64,000 nucleotides of DNA, taken from Myxococcota bacterium. Lineage in GTDB: Bacteria; Myxococcota_A; UBA796; CAJQPC01. The translations under genes and the position numbers were made by a program. This document shows, one piece after another, positions 17,639 to 26,708 of this stretch. Where the stretch lies: positions 1 through 64,000 of the forward strand of contig JAZAMN010000036.1 in assembly GCA_036229005.1 (NCBI GenBank), in the 5' to 3' direction. The notes under the pieces were generated by a model that was not told where the DNA came from, did not search any database, and saw only the letters and a list, made by a program, of their open reading frames with translations. The first letter of the stretch is position 1; the number at the start of each line of letters is the position of its first letter.

Positions 17639-19822
17639 ATGAATGAGCCGAAGGACAGGGACACACAGGCCGACGGTGGGGGCAGCCTCCTGATGCGGGC
17701 CTTGAAGCTCGCCGATCAGCGCCCCGGCGTCGTCTTCGGGGTGCTGGTGGTCATCGCCGCGTGGCTGCGCTTTCAGGGTGCGGACGCTGGGCTTCCCTAC
17801 TGCTGGCACCCGGACGAGCCCAAGCTGATCAACAAGGGCATCGAGATGCTCCAGTCGGGCGACCTGAACCCGCACTGGTTCCACTACCCCTCGCTCCCCA
17901 TGTACATCCAGGCGGTGGGCGCGGCGCTTGGCTACCTGGACCGCGTGGGGGACAGCGCGTTCATCCCCCTGGCGGAGATCCCGACGGGCCTGGAGGACAA
18001 CCTGGTCCACACCGTCGGCGACGCCCACATCTGGAGCCGGGGCCGCAAGATCACCGGGCTGATGGGCGCTCTGGCCGTGGGGTTCACCTTCCTGACGGGT
18101 CGGCGTCTCTTCGGCACGTCGGTGGGGCTGCTCGCCGCGGTGATGCTGGCCTTCTCGCCCGTGAGCATCGTGCACGGCGCCTACATCACGGTCGACGTGC
18201 CCACCTCGATGGCCGTCTCCCTGCTGATGCTCGCCTCCGCCTGGGTCTACACCCGCGGTGACCCCCGCGACTATCTGCTGGCCGCCGTCGCCTTGGGCCT
18301 GGCCATCGGCTTCAAGTACAACGCCGCGGTCGGCGCGGTCACCCCCCTGACCGCGTGGCTGATCTCCGAGCGCCGTCAACAGCGGCTGGGCCTGGGGTTG
18401 GCGCTGGTCCCGCTGGCGATGGTGGTGTTCGTCTTGACCATGCCCTTCGCCCTGGTGGAGCCGCAGCTCGCGCTCACCGACATGGCCAAGGAGGTCAACC
18501 ACTACATGCAGCGGGGGCACGGCACCGCGTCCATCGAGCCTGGCCCCGCCCACCTGCTGGCCATGTTCCGCTCCCTGGGCTGGGACTACCTCCCCATCTG
18601 GCTGTTGGGGCTGCTGGGGCTGCCCTTTGCCATCAAGCAGCTCGGCTGGCGGCCCGTCGCGGTCGTTGCGGCCTTCCCCCTGGCGTACATGGCCTACATG
18701 AGCGGCTCCACGGTCTTCTTCAAGAGGAACCTGGTGGTGCTCGTGCCCGGCTTTGCACTGCTGTCGGCCGTTGGCCTCCACGCCATCTACCAAAAGCTCG
18801 GGCAGCGCTTCGGGGGCGCCCGCGAGGTCATGCTGGGCCGCGTCGCCTTGGGGGTCGTTCTCGTCCCGGCGGTGTTCGGCGTCAAGCAGACCCTGAACAC
18901 CCGGGAGAACCTGCAGGACTCCCGCAGCGAGATGGCGGAGTGGCTGCACGGAGAGCAAGCCGCCGGCTGGGTGGTCGCCGTCCCCCAGGAGCTGCGCATC
19001 GCGGAGTCCGACCTGGACGGGCTGGAGTGGGTGTCGGTCAAGTTCAACGACGGCCCCGAGGGCTGGGCCAAGGCCGGCGCGACCCACGTGCTGGGGGGCA
19101 CGCGCCTCAAGGTCAGCGGGACGCGGAACACGCCGATCAAGGGCAAGGCCACGGACCGGGCGGTGGCCTGGTACAAGGAGCAGACGCCCGTCCAGACCTT
19201 TGGCTACACCGGCTGGATGCTGGACCTGAATGCCCAGGATCCGGAGCTGAGCCTGTACGCCCTGGACGGCGTCGGGGCCAAGCCCGGCAAGGGCGCACAG
19301 GCGGTCAAGGACAAGCCCCCGGAGAAGGGCCAGCAGGATGGGCCAGGCGGGCCCGTGGCCGATGGGGGGAGCGACAAGCCGGGGAACAAGCCCTCGGCGT
19401 CCGCGAGCGTCGATGACCCCGAGCGCTGGCAGATCGCCCCCGCCAAGGTGCAGGACAAGGTGGAGTTCCCCAGCGGCCAGCTCGTGATGAAGGCGGCCCC
19501 CGGGCAGCGGTCTGTCAAGGCCTGCGACGCCGAGCGCACCCCCGTGGACGGCCTCAAGAAGGTCAAGGCGAGCTGGCGCTACGTGGACGTCTCCCGCGAG
19601 GACATGGCCGGACAGCTCCAGGTGCGCTTCTTCGCGCAGGACGGCAGCTACCTGGACGGCACCATGCAGGTGGTCGACCAGGCGGTGGGCTCGGTCCCGG
19701 ACTGGAAGGAGATCGAGGTCCCGCTGGAGGTGCCAGATGGCGCCAGCAAGCTGCGGCTCTGCGTTGAGCTGGGCAGCGAGGAGGGCCTGATCAAGGTGCG
19801 GGAACTCCAAGCGATTCCCTGA
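17639..19822 (+). CDS. GT-C fold (PMT/ArnT-like) glycosyltransferase with extra C-terminal soluble domain
   Basis: HPDE after first TM, NPHWFHYPSL, TVD and KYN motifs; many TMs; Lys/Pro/Gly linker then a beta-rich domain. Confidence 0.85.
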   Translation: MNEPKDRDTQADGGGSLLMRALKLADQRPGVVFGVLVVIAAWLRFQGADAGLPYCWHPDEPKLINKGIEMLQSGDLNPHWFHYPSLPMYIQAVGAALGYLDRVGDSAFIPLAEIPTGLEDNLVHTVGDAHIWSRGRKITGLMGALAVGFTFLTGRRLFGTSVGLLAAVMLAFSPVSIVHGAYITVDVPTSMAVSLLMLASAWVYTRGDPRDYLLAAVALGLAIGFKYNAAVGAVTPLTAWLISERRQQRLGLGLALVPLAMVVFVLTMPFALVEPQLALTDMAKEVNHYMQRGHGTASIEPGPAHLLAMFRSLGWDYLPIWLLGLLGLPFAIKQLGWRPVAVVAAFPLAYMAYMSGSTVFFKRNLVVLVPGFALLSAVGLHAIYQKLGQRFGGAREVMLGRVALGVVLVPAVFGVKQTLNTRENLQDSRSEMAEWLHGEQAAGWVVAVPQELRIAESDLDGLEWVSVKFNDGPEGWAKAGATHVLGGTRLKVSGTRNTPIKGKATDRAVAWYKEQTPVQTFGYTGWMLDLNAQDPELSLYALDGVGAKPGKGAQAVKDKPPEKGQQDGPGGPVADGGSDKPGNKPSASASVDDPERWQIAPAKVQDKVEFPSGQLVMKAAPGQRSVKACDAERTPVDGLKKVKASWRYVDVSREDMAGQLQVRFFAQDGSYLDGTMQVVDQAVGSVPDWKEIEVPLEVPDGASKLRLCVELGSEEGLIKVRELQAIP

Positions 19823-19864
19823 GCGGCTGGGCCTTCAGATCTTCGGAAGTTCTGTGGCAGCTCT

Positions 19865-19940
19865 GCAATATTGCGTGCTGTGGTGAAAGGACTGTGCAGG
19901 ATTTGGGCTATTGCAGGGGCTGCATGTCTGTTATTGACAG
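19865..19940. promoter_or_regulatory. Palindromic candidate operators upstream of yceI-like gene
   Basis: Perfect palindrome GCAATATTGC (19865-19874) and near-palindrome CTGTTATTGACAG (19928-19940) in an AT-richer intergenic region. Confidence 0.35.
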
Positions 19941-19978
19941 CAGGAATCAAGTGGGGGACCCCCCCGAAAAGGAGACCC

Positions 19979-20623
19979 ATGCGCAACGCCGCAGTCCTCG
20001 CCCTCTCCCTCATCGCCCTGACCGCCTGCAAGACCGAGGTGGACGGCAAGCCCGCCGCCGAGGTCAAGGAAGTCGAGGCGCCCGCCTCCTCCGCGCCCAC
20101 CCCTGAGGCCGCCGCCGCCCCCGCCCTGCCCGCTGACGGCGTCAAGGTGGACAAGGCCAGCAGCAGCATCGGCTTCGTCGGCGCCAAGGTGACCGGCCAG
20201 CATGACGGCGGCTTCAAGGACTTCGACGGCGCGGTGGTGCTGAACGACGCGGGCGAGCCCACCGACGTGGTGTTCGTGGTCGACATGAACTCCACCTGGG
20301 CCGACGCCGACAAGCTCACCAAGCACCTCAAGGACGGCGACTTCTTCGACGTCGCGACCTACCCCGAGTCCAGCTTCGACGCGACCAGCATCACCAAGGG
20401 TGAGGACGGCAAGTACACCGTCGTCGGCATCCTGGACCTGCGCGGCCAGAAGAAGGAGCTGACCTTCCCGGCTGACATCGTCGTCGCCGACGACAAGGTC
20501 ACCATGGACGCCGAGTTCACCATGAACCGCAAGGTCTGGGGCATCGCCTACGCCGGCAAGCCCGACGACCTGATCAAGGACGAGGTCCTGCTCAAGCTGG
20601 ACTTCGACTTCCCCCGGAGCTGA
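19979..20623 (+). CDS. YceI family lipoprotein (polyisoprenoid-binding)
   Basis: Lipobox LTAC; SSIGF, HDGGF, HLKDGDFFDV..YP and NRKVWGI motifs; AGGAG SD. Confidence 0.9.
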   Translation: MRNAAVLALSLIALTACKTEVDGKPAAEVKEVEAPASSAPTPEAAAAPALPADGVKVDKASSSIGFVGAKVTGQHDGGFKDFDGAVVLNDAGEPTDVVFVVDMNSTWADADKLTKHLKDGDFFDVATYPESSFDATSITKGEDGKYTVVGILDLRGQKKELTFPADIVVADDKVTMDAEFTMNRKVWGIAYAGKPDDLIKDEVLLKLDFDFPRS

Positions 20624-20626
20624 TCC

Positions 20627-21388
20627 GTGCCCTCCCAGGACCTGCTCTTTGACGGCATCGAGCGCTTCCACGCCGATGCGCGCTGGGGGCGGGTCCTGGA
20701 CGCCGGCACCGGGGACCACTCCCTGGGCTGGCTGCGCACGCTCCCCACCGAGTCCCTCACCTTGGTGACGGGAGCGCCCGCGCGCGCTGAGCGACTCAGC
20801 GCCTCCCTCCGGCCGCAGGACCGCGCGCTGGCCGGGAACTGGGAAGACCCCACGCTGCTGCACGGCGAGCGCTTTGACGTCGTGCTGGCGGACTACCTGC
20901 TGGGGGCGGTCGAGGGCTTCGCGCCCTACTTCCAGGACAGGCTGCTTGGCCGGCTGCGGCGGCACGTGGGTGGCCGCCTGTACTTTGTGGGCATGGAGCC
21001 CCTGCCCGATGCGGCCCCCGACGCTGGGGGACAGGCCATCCTGGAGATGGCCAGGCTCCGGGACGCCTGCATCCTGTTGGCGCAACACCGCTGCTACCGC
21101 GAGTACCCGCAGCAGTGGGTGGTCCGGAAGCTCCAGGAGAGCGGCTACCGCGTGCTCGATAGCTGGGAGCTGCCCATCGTCTACCGGGCCTCGAAGATCA
21201 ACCGGCAGCTCGACGTGGCGCAGTCCAAGCTGCGCTTCTTCCGGGACCCGGAGCTGGCACAGGCCATGGCGGCCCACATCGCTGAGCTGCGCGAGCGGGC
21301 CTGCATCCTGGCGGAGACCAGCGGGGGGATCCGGCTGGGCTCCGACTACGTCATCGCGGCGGAGCTCCAGCCCGGGGTTCGCCCCTGA
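20627..21388 (+). CDS. Class I SAM-dependent methyltransferase
   Basis: VLDAGTG motif I; FDVVLADYL. Confidence 0.8.
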   Translation: MPSQDLLFDGIERFHADARWGRVLDAGTGDHSLGWLRTLPTESLTLVTGAPARAERLSASLRPQDRALAGNWEDPTLLHGERFDVVLADYLLGAVEGFAPYFQDRLLGRLRRHVGGRLYFVGMEPLPDAAPDAGGQAILEMARLRDACILLAQHRCYREYPQQWVVRKLQESGYRVLDSWELPIVYRASKINRQLDVAQSKLRFFRDPELAQAMAAHIAELRERACILAETSGGIRLGSDYVIAAELQPGVRP

Positions 21389-21397
21389 GCCCTTGGA

Positions 21398-21709
21398 TCA
21401 GGCGGGCTTGAAGGCCGTCATCAGGCTCTGCAGCGCGCTGGGGTCGTTGGTCTTGATCTTGCCCCGCGCGATGTCCAGCGGGCCGGGCATCTTGCCCTTG
21501 AGGACCATGTTCGTGAAGAGCTTGGGGTCGCACTTGAGCACCACATCGGCGTTCTCCGGCTTGCCGGGGCTGGCGCTGCACTTCTCGGGGTCCATGGCCA
21601 CGGTCCACTTCTCGTCGCCCACGGAGAAGTAGTAGGTCATCGCCTTGGCGACCTTTCCGGGGATGTATCGGCCAGGCATGGACTCGAAGATCTTGGTGAC
21701 GTCGGACAC
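21398..21709 (-). CDS. SCP2 sterol/lipid-carrier domain protein
   Basis: ADVVL...MVLKGKM...GKIKT SCP2 pattern; AGGAG SD. Confidence 0.75.
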   Translation of the reverse strand: MSDVTKIFESMPGRYIPGKVAKAMTYYFSVGDEKWTVAMDPEKCSASPGKPENADVVLKCDPKLFTNMVLKGKMPGPLDIARGKIKTNDPSALQSLMTAFKPA

Positions 21710-21773
21710 GGTGTACTCCTGTGTGTTGGACGGAGCCTATCACCGCGGCTGACCGGGCATCGCGCGTGCCCGC

Positions 21774-22241
21774 TCAGTCCTCCGGCAGCACCCGCTTGAA
21801 GCCCTGGCGGTAGCAGTCGCCGACGCCCCCGGACAGGGACCAGGCGTCCTCGATGCCCTGCTCCCGCAGGTAGTGCGCCACCCCGAAGGAGCGGGCCCCC
21901 GCCGCGCAGACGACCACCAGCGTGGGGCGGTCGCGCAGCTCGTCGATGCGCTGGGGGACGTGGTTCATGGGGATGCACAGGCTCCCCTCGGCGAACCCGG
22001 AGCGCAGCTCGTAGGGCTCCCGGATGTCCAGGATCAGGAACTCCTTTTCCGCGTCGATCCAGTCCTGCAGGTCCCCGGCGTCGATCTCCAGGTCCACCGG
22101 CTCCGGCTCATCCTCCAGGACGACAGGGGGCTTGGGGGTGCGCGCAACTTGAGGGTCCACCGCCTTGGACCGGGCGGGCTCCGGCGCCTTGGGACGCCGC
22201 AGGATCCTCCGAGCGAGGCCCTTGAGGGTGCGCCGGATCAC
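21774..22241 (-). CDS. Rhodanese-like protein with N-terminal extension
   Basis: LDIREPYE, active-site CAAGARS, SLSGG; GTGA overlap with the ferredoxin gene. Confidence 0.85.
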   Translation of the reverse strand: MIRRTLKGLARRILRRPKAPEPARSKAVDPQVARTPKPPVVLEDEPEPVDLEIDAGDLQDWIDAEKEFLILDIREPYELRSGFAEGSLCIPMNHVPQRIDELRDRPTLVVVCAAGARSFGVAHYLREQGIEDAWSLSGGVGDCYRQGFKRVLPED

Positions 22242-22858
22242 GCCACCACCTCGTCCTGGTGGGTCTCGATCTCCGCATCCGAGGTCACCGCGGCGCAGCA
22301 GAGGAGCCTGAATCCCTGGTCCAGGTGCTCGTCTTCCAGCACGTACTGCTCCTCCATCTCCATGCTCCCGCGCACCAGGCGGCCTGCGCACACGGTGCAG
22401 CCGCCGTTCCGGCAGGAGCTGGGCAGGTCCACGGCCAGGCGGTCGGCGGCGTCCAGGATGAACTCGCCGGCGTAGGCCTCGATCTCCACGTCCAGACCCT
22501 CGGATGCGTTGAAGAGGCGGACGGTGAAGGTGGTGTCCTCGTTGATGGGGGGCTTCGGGAGGGGATCCTGGGGGGCCTCGATGTCCGTGGTGGGCGCCTC
22601 GGTGTCCTCGCTGATGGGAGGATCGGCGGGGTGCGCGGGGGCCGACTCGGGCTCAGGAGGTGGGGTCGGGAGGGGGGAGGGGAGCCCAACCTCTTCCTCC
22701 AGGGCCTGCTCGACGGCGAGGGGGAGCTCGGCGTCCGGGTCGCGGTACACGGCCTTGGCGCGCGGCCGCTTGGGGGGAGGCGGCGGCGGGGCGGTTTGTG
22801 GCTTGTTGGAGCCCAAGGCGCGCTGGACGCGCTTTTTGAGGCGATCGCGGAGACCCAT
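22238..22858 (-). CDS. Plant-type 2Fe-2S ferredoxin with long Pro-rich N-terminal extension
   Basis: LPSSCRNGGCTVC...LLCCA cysteine motif. Confidence 0.9.
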   Translation of the reverse strand: MGLRDRLKKRVQRALGSNKPQTAPPPPPPKRPRAKAVYRDPDAELPLAVEQALEEEVGLPSPLPTPPPEPESAPAHPADPPISEDTEAPTTDIEAPQDPLPKPPINEDTTFTVRLFNASEGLDVEIEAYAGEFILDAADRLAVDLPSSCRNGGCTVCAGRLVRGSMEMEEQYVLEDEHLDQGFRLLCCAAVTSDAEIETHQDEVVA

Positions 22859-22922
22859 GCCGCCAGTAGACAACAGGGGGCCGGGCCTTGCACGGACGCG
22901 CGCGGGTGAGCATGTGCTGGGT

Positions 22923-23732
22923 ATGGATCTGCACCTCGTCGCACTGGACCCCGACCACCCCGGCTTTCGGGACCTGACCTACAGGCAGCGGCGGGACGCC
23001 ATCGCCCGCATCGCGCTGGGACACCGCGCCGGCCAGCCGGTCCCCGAGGCGCCCTACACGGAGCAGGAGCACGGGGTCTGGCGGGAGGTCCTGGGAGCGC
23101 TCGCGCCGGTACACGCGCGGGGCGTCCACCGGGAGCTGTTGGAGGTCGACGCGCGCCTGGGGCTGGATCGCCTGCAGATCCCCCAACTGGAGGCGGTCAA
23201 TGCGCGCCTGGGGCCGGCGGGGTTCCGGATGGAGCCGGTGGCCGGGCTGGTCACCCCGCAGAGCTTCCTGGAGCACCTGGGGCGGGGGATCTTCCTGTCC
23301 ACGCAGTACATCCGACACCACAGCCGGCCCTTCTACACGCCCGAGCCCGACGTGGTCCACGAGCTGGTGGGGCACGCGGCGAGCCTGCTGCACCCGGGGA
23401 TCGCGCGGGTGTCTCGGCGCTTTGGGAAGGTCGCGGCCACCGCCGGGGACGAGCTGGTGGCGGCCCTGACGCGAATCTACTGGTACACACTGGAGTTCGG
23501 GCTGGTCCACGACGCGGGAGAGGTCAAGGCCTGGGGCGCGGGGCTGCTGTCCTCGGTCGGGGAGCTGGAGCACGCGCTGTCGCCGGCGGTGGAGCGGGTC
23601 CCCTGGGACCTGGCGCGGGTGGCGGTGATGGACTACGACCCGACGGCCTTCCAGCCTGCGTATGTGGTCGCCCCGGAGCTTGGCGCGGCCTTGGCGGATC
23701 TGGAGGCGTGGCTGGAGGCGCGCGGGGCTTGA
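22923..23732 (+). CDS. phhA: Pterin-dependent aromatic amino acid hydroxylase (phenylalanine 4-monooxygenase-like)
   Basis: TQYIRH..PFYTPEPDVVHELVGH (two His iron ligands), YWYTLEFGL (Glu ligand), GAGLLSS. Confidence 0.9.
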   Translation: MDLHLVALDPDHPGFRDLTYRQRRDAIARIALGHRAGQPVPEAPYTEQEHGVWREVLGALAPVHARGVHRELLEVDARLGLDRLQIPQLEAVNARLGPAGFRMEPVAGLVTPQSFLEHLGRGIFLSTQYIRHHSRPFYTPEPDVVHELVGHAASLLHPGIARVSRRFGKVAATAGDELVAALTRIYWYTLEFGLVHDAGEVKAWGAGLLSSVGELEHALSPAVERVPWDLARVAVMDYDPTAFQPAYVVAPELGAALADLEAWLEARGA

Positions 23733-23753
23733 ACGCCTGGGGCTCGCTTGGCG

Positions 23754-23939
23754 TCAGTTCTCAGGATCCTTGGGGCGGCGACCGAGGCGCTCGACGGCGC
23801 GGTGTACCCGGCGCTTGAGCCGCTCGCTCAGGGCCTGGGGATCGGGGGGGGCGGCGCTGGCCTGGCCCTGCGGGAGCTTGGCGCGCGCTCGCTGCACCTT
23901 TCCGCGCAGGTGCTTTCGGAGCCAGTCGGCGTCGTTCAT
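23754..23939 (-). CDS. Small basic hypothetical protein (61 aa)
   Basis: ATG with AGGA SD; fills the intergenic gap; two amphipathic basic segments. Confidence 0.55.
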   Translation of the reverse strand: MNDADWLRKHLRGKVQRARAKLPQGQASAAPPDPQALSERLKRRVHRAVERLGRRPKDPEN

Positions 23940-23976
23940 GGGTCCTGCCTTGTGGGCAAGGTAGCCCCGAAAATGG

Positions 23977-24008
23977 AAGAGGGCCCCTCCCCAAGGAGGC
24001 GCCCTCTT
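23977..24008 (-). terminator. Hairpin, probable terminator downstream of the GIDE gene
   Basis: Inverted repeat AAGAGGGC.CCTCC / GGAGG.GCCCTCTT. Confidence 0.5.
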
Positions 24009-24037
24009 GGGTGCGTGGGCCCGGAGGCCTCGGCGAA

Positions 24038-24781
24038 TCAGCCGATGAAGGCGCTGATGATGCCGAGCAGGACGCCCACACCGACAGCGACTCCGCCACC
24101 GATCAGGGTCTTCTTGGCGGTGTCCTGGGTGGAGCCCAGCAGCTCGTCACGGCTCTTGTTGCTCATGATGAGGCCGGTCCAGCCGGGGGAGGTGATGACG
24201 CCCTCGGCGTGCTTGCCGCAGACGTACATGCGGGGAGCGACCTTGACGACCTTCTCGGTGCACTCGAACTTGTCGGCCTTGGACATGGGGGGGTTCTCGA
24301 AGGCGTACTCGCCGAACATCATCGGCTCGCCCTTGCCCACGGCGGACTTGAGGTCGGCGAAGAGGCCCTCCTTCTTGGTCTCGGAGAAGGTCTTCTCGAG
24401 GTTGTCGAAGTCACCGCCCTGGGAGGCGTCGACGGGGACGGGGCCGGAGCCGTCGTCCAGGGTGAAGCCGGCAGCGATCTTCTCCTCGACGTAGGTCTTG
24501 GACTTGGTGCTGTCGCCGTCCTTCCAGGTGCCCACGACCTTGAGCTCGTAGTAGAGGCACTCGGTCTTGGTCACGGGGGAGATGAGGGGCTTGGGCACGC
24601 TGACGTCGCCCTCAGCGGAGATTGCGCCCTTCTCGCCGGAGACCTCGTCGCCCTTGGAGACGATCTCGCCGGTCTTGCCCAGGGGGGCGCCAGCGAGCTT
24701 CTTGGCCTGCCAAGTCTTGTAGCCACCGAAGATGGCGACGACGATTCCGATTGCGATGAGTAGACCTGCGATAGCGCCCAT
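24038..24781 (-). CDS. GIDE-domain (MUL1-like) membrane protein
   Basis: N- and C-terminal TM; PLISPVTKTECLYY and FTLDDGSGPVPVD patterns; AGGAG SD. Confidence 0.65.
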   Translation of the reverse strand: MGAIAGLLIAIGIVVAIFGGYKTWQAKKLAGAPLGKTGEIVSKGDEVSGEKGAISAEGDVSVPKPLISPVTKTECLYYELKVVGTWKDGDSTKSKTYVEEKIAAGFTLDDGSGPVPVDASQGGDFDNLEKTFSETKKEGLFADLKSAVGKGEPMMFGEYAFENPPMSKADKFECTEKVVKVAPRMYVCGKHAEGVITSPGWTGLIMSNKSRDELLGSTQDTAKKTLIGGGVAVGVGVLLGIISAFIG

Positions 24782-24905
24782 GTTGAGGACTCCTGAACTG
24801 TGTGATTCTCTCGGGTTTCCCGGTGATTCCGGGCCCTCATAACGGCGGGTCTGAGCGCTGGGTTTCACCCGCGGCAAAAAAAAAGCGAGGGAGGAACTCA
24901 GATCG

Positions 24906-26708
24906 CTACGAATGCAGGCCCAGCCACGGTTCAGACCAGATCGTGTCCAGGGCGTCGAGCTCGATCATCTGGTCGACGAGCTGGGCGAATCTCGGGTGAT
25001 TGCTGAGGGTTGCGCTGTCTCCCACTCCGGCAAAGAGCCGCTTTGCCCGGGTCAATGCGACGGTGAGTCGGCGGATGTCCCGGACGAAGCCCAGATCTCC
25101 GAGGGGATTGGAGCGCACGAAGCTGCAGAGGACCACCTCTTCTTCCCGGCCTTGCCATGCGTTCAACGTGGCGCATCGGATGCCGGCGAGGTCAGGGTGA
25201 TTGCGTAGGGCATCGACCTGCGCGCGGTAGGGCGTGAGGGCCACACACTGCTCGGGCTGCACACCCGCCAGGGAGAGCTGACGCCAGAGCTCGGCGAGCA
25301 CGCGGACCTCGTCTGGGTTCTCGGTGCTCTTGCTGCGGGGATCCAGCCGCTCTTCGAAGCCGGCGCCCGCGGTGTCCAGGAAGAACACGCCTCGGCGGGC
25401 CCAGTCCGGGGGGGCCTTCACCAGGTCACAGAGGCTGCGGTCCGCGACGGCGGGGTGGGGGCGGTAGCTGGGGCCGTAGATGGGGGACACGAGGCTGCCC
25501 AGGGGGGCCCCCATGCGGTGCTGGATCTCCAGCATGGAGAGGGTCAGGCGCTGCTCCTGGAGCAAGCGATCCAGCAGGGAGCGCTCCAGGGGGTTGCCGG
25601 GTTGGGTGACCACCGGGCCGAGCTGGTGGGGGTCGCCCAGGAGGATCAGGCGCTGGACACGCGGGACGAGTGCCCAGAGGAGGGGCTCGATGGCCTGGGT
25701 GGCCTCGTCCACCAGGGCGGTGTGCGCCTCGGGGAGCTGGTCGGCGCGCCGCAACAGGGTACCGAGGGTGAGGGCCAGGACCTGAGCGGAGGACATGGCC
25801 TGGTCCCGGGCCTGCTGACGGAGCTGCCGGTGCTCCCGGAGCAGGGCCCGTCGATCCCGCCAGCGGGACTCCTGAGCCGCCTTGCGGATGTCCTTGTCCA
25901 GCAGCTCCAGGGCCTTGGCGTAGGGGCCGGCTGCCAGGGCGGCCTCGAGGCCCAGGGGGCGCGCTTCGGGCCGCATTCGGGCGGGGTGCCCCAGGCGCAG
26001 CACCTTGACCCCGGCGGCGTGCAGGCTGAGCGCGAGGTGGTCGACCGCGGCGTTGGAGTCCGCGAGGGTCCAGGGCCGCTGCCCCTGCGCCACCAGGTGC
26101 TGCACCATCGCCACCAGGGTGGTGGTCTTTCCAGTGCCGGGGGGCCCGTGGATGGCGGCGAGGTGGGGGCTGCCCAGGGCCTCCGCGGCGGCGGTCGTCT
26201 GCGCGGCGTTGAGGCCGGGCAGGGTGACCTGGGGCTCGGGCTCGGGGAGGGGGGCGCCCAGGAGCTGGGCCTTGAGGGGGCCCTCGCTCAGCTCCGCGCG
26301 CTGGAGTGTGGCCTTGAGCAGGGCCAGGGTGTCCTCGTCTGGGCGCTGGGAGACCACGACGCGTCCCTGCTCCACCCAGTCCGGGAGTTGGTCCCCGGAG
26401 AGTTGGACCACCGCAAGCCTCCCCTCCACCTCCAGCAGGGTCCCGGGCAGACCGGAGACGCGGGCGGGGGGCGAGAGGGTGATGGGCGCGCCGGCGTCGA
26501 GGCCCTCGTGCAGGGGGGCGCCGGACTCCAGGAGCAGGCGAGGGCCCCGGCGGGTCCACTCGATGTCGACGACCTGCAGAGGTGGCCAGCTCACGCCTTC
26601 GGCGACGCGTTGGTCGAGACTGAGGGAGAGCTGGCGTTCAAGCTCCCGCTTGCGGTAGGCGCTCTCGTCTTCCAGGGCGCGCTGGAGGGCTTGCAGGTGG
26701 GGGTGCAT
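24906..26708 (-). CDS. SF1 helicase, Upf1/IGHMBP2/DNA2-like
   Basis: LNAAQ, HGPPGTGKTT, DSNAAVD, VDEATQ, LGDPHQLGP, QHRM, TPYRAQ, QGRE and RRLTVALTRAK motifs. Confidence 0.92.
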   Translation of the reverse strand: MHPHLQALQRALEDESAYRKRELERQLSLSLDQRVAEGVSWPPLQVVDIEWTRRGPRLLLESGAPLHEGLDAGAPITLSPPARVSGLPGTLLEVEGRLAVVQLSGDQLPDWVEQGRVVVSQRPDEDTLALLKATLQRAELSEGPLKAQLLGAPLPEPEPQVTLPGLNAAQTTAAAEALGSPHLAAIHGPPGTGKTTTLVAMVQHLVAQGQRPWTLADSNAAVDHLALSLHAAGVKVLRLGHPARMRPEARPLGLEAALAAGPYAKALELLDKDIRKAAQESRWRDRRALLREHRQLRQQARDQAMSSAQVLALTLGTLLRRADQLPEAHTALVDEATQAIEPLLWALVPRVQRLILLGDPHQLGPVVTQPGNPLERSLLDRLLQEQRLTLSMLEIQHRMGAPLGSLVSPIYGPSYRPHPAVADRSLCDLVKAPPDWARRGVFFLDTAGAGFEERLDPRSKSTENPDEVRVLAELWRQLSLAGVQPEQCVALTPYRAQVDALRNHPDLAGIRCATLNAWQGREEEVVLCSFVRSNPLGDLGFVRDIRRLTVALTRAKRLFAGVGDSATLSNHPRFAQLVDQMIELDALDTIWSEPWLGLHS

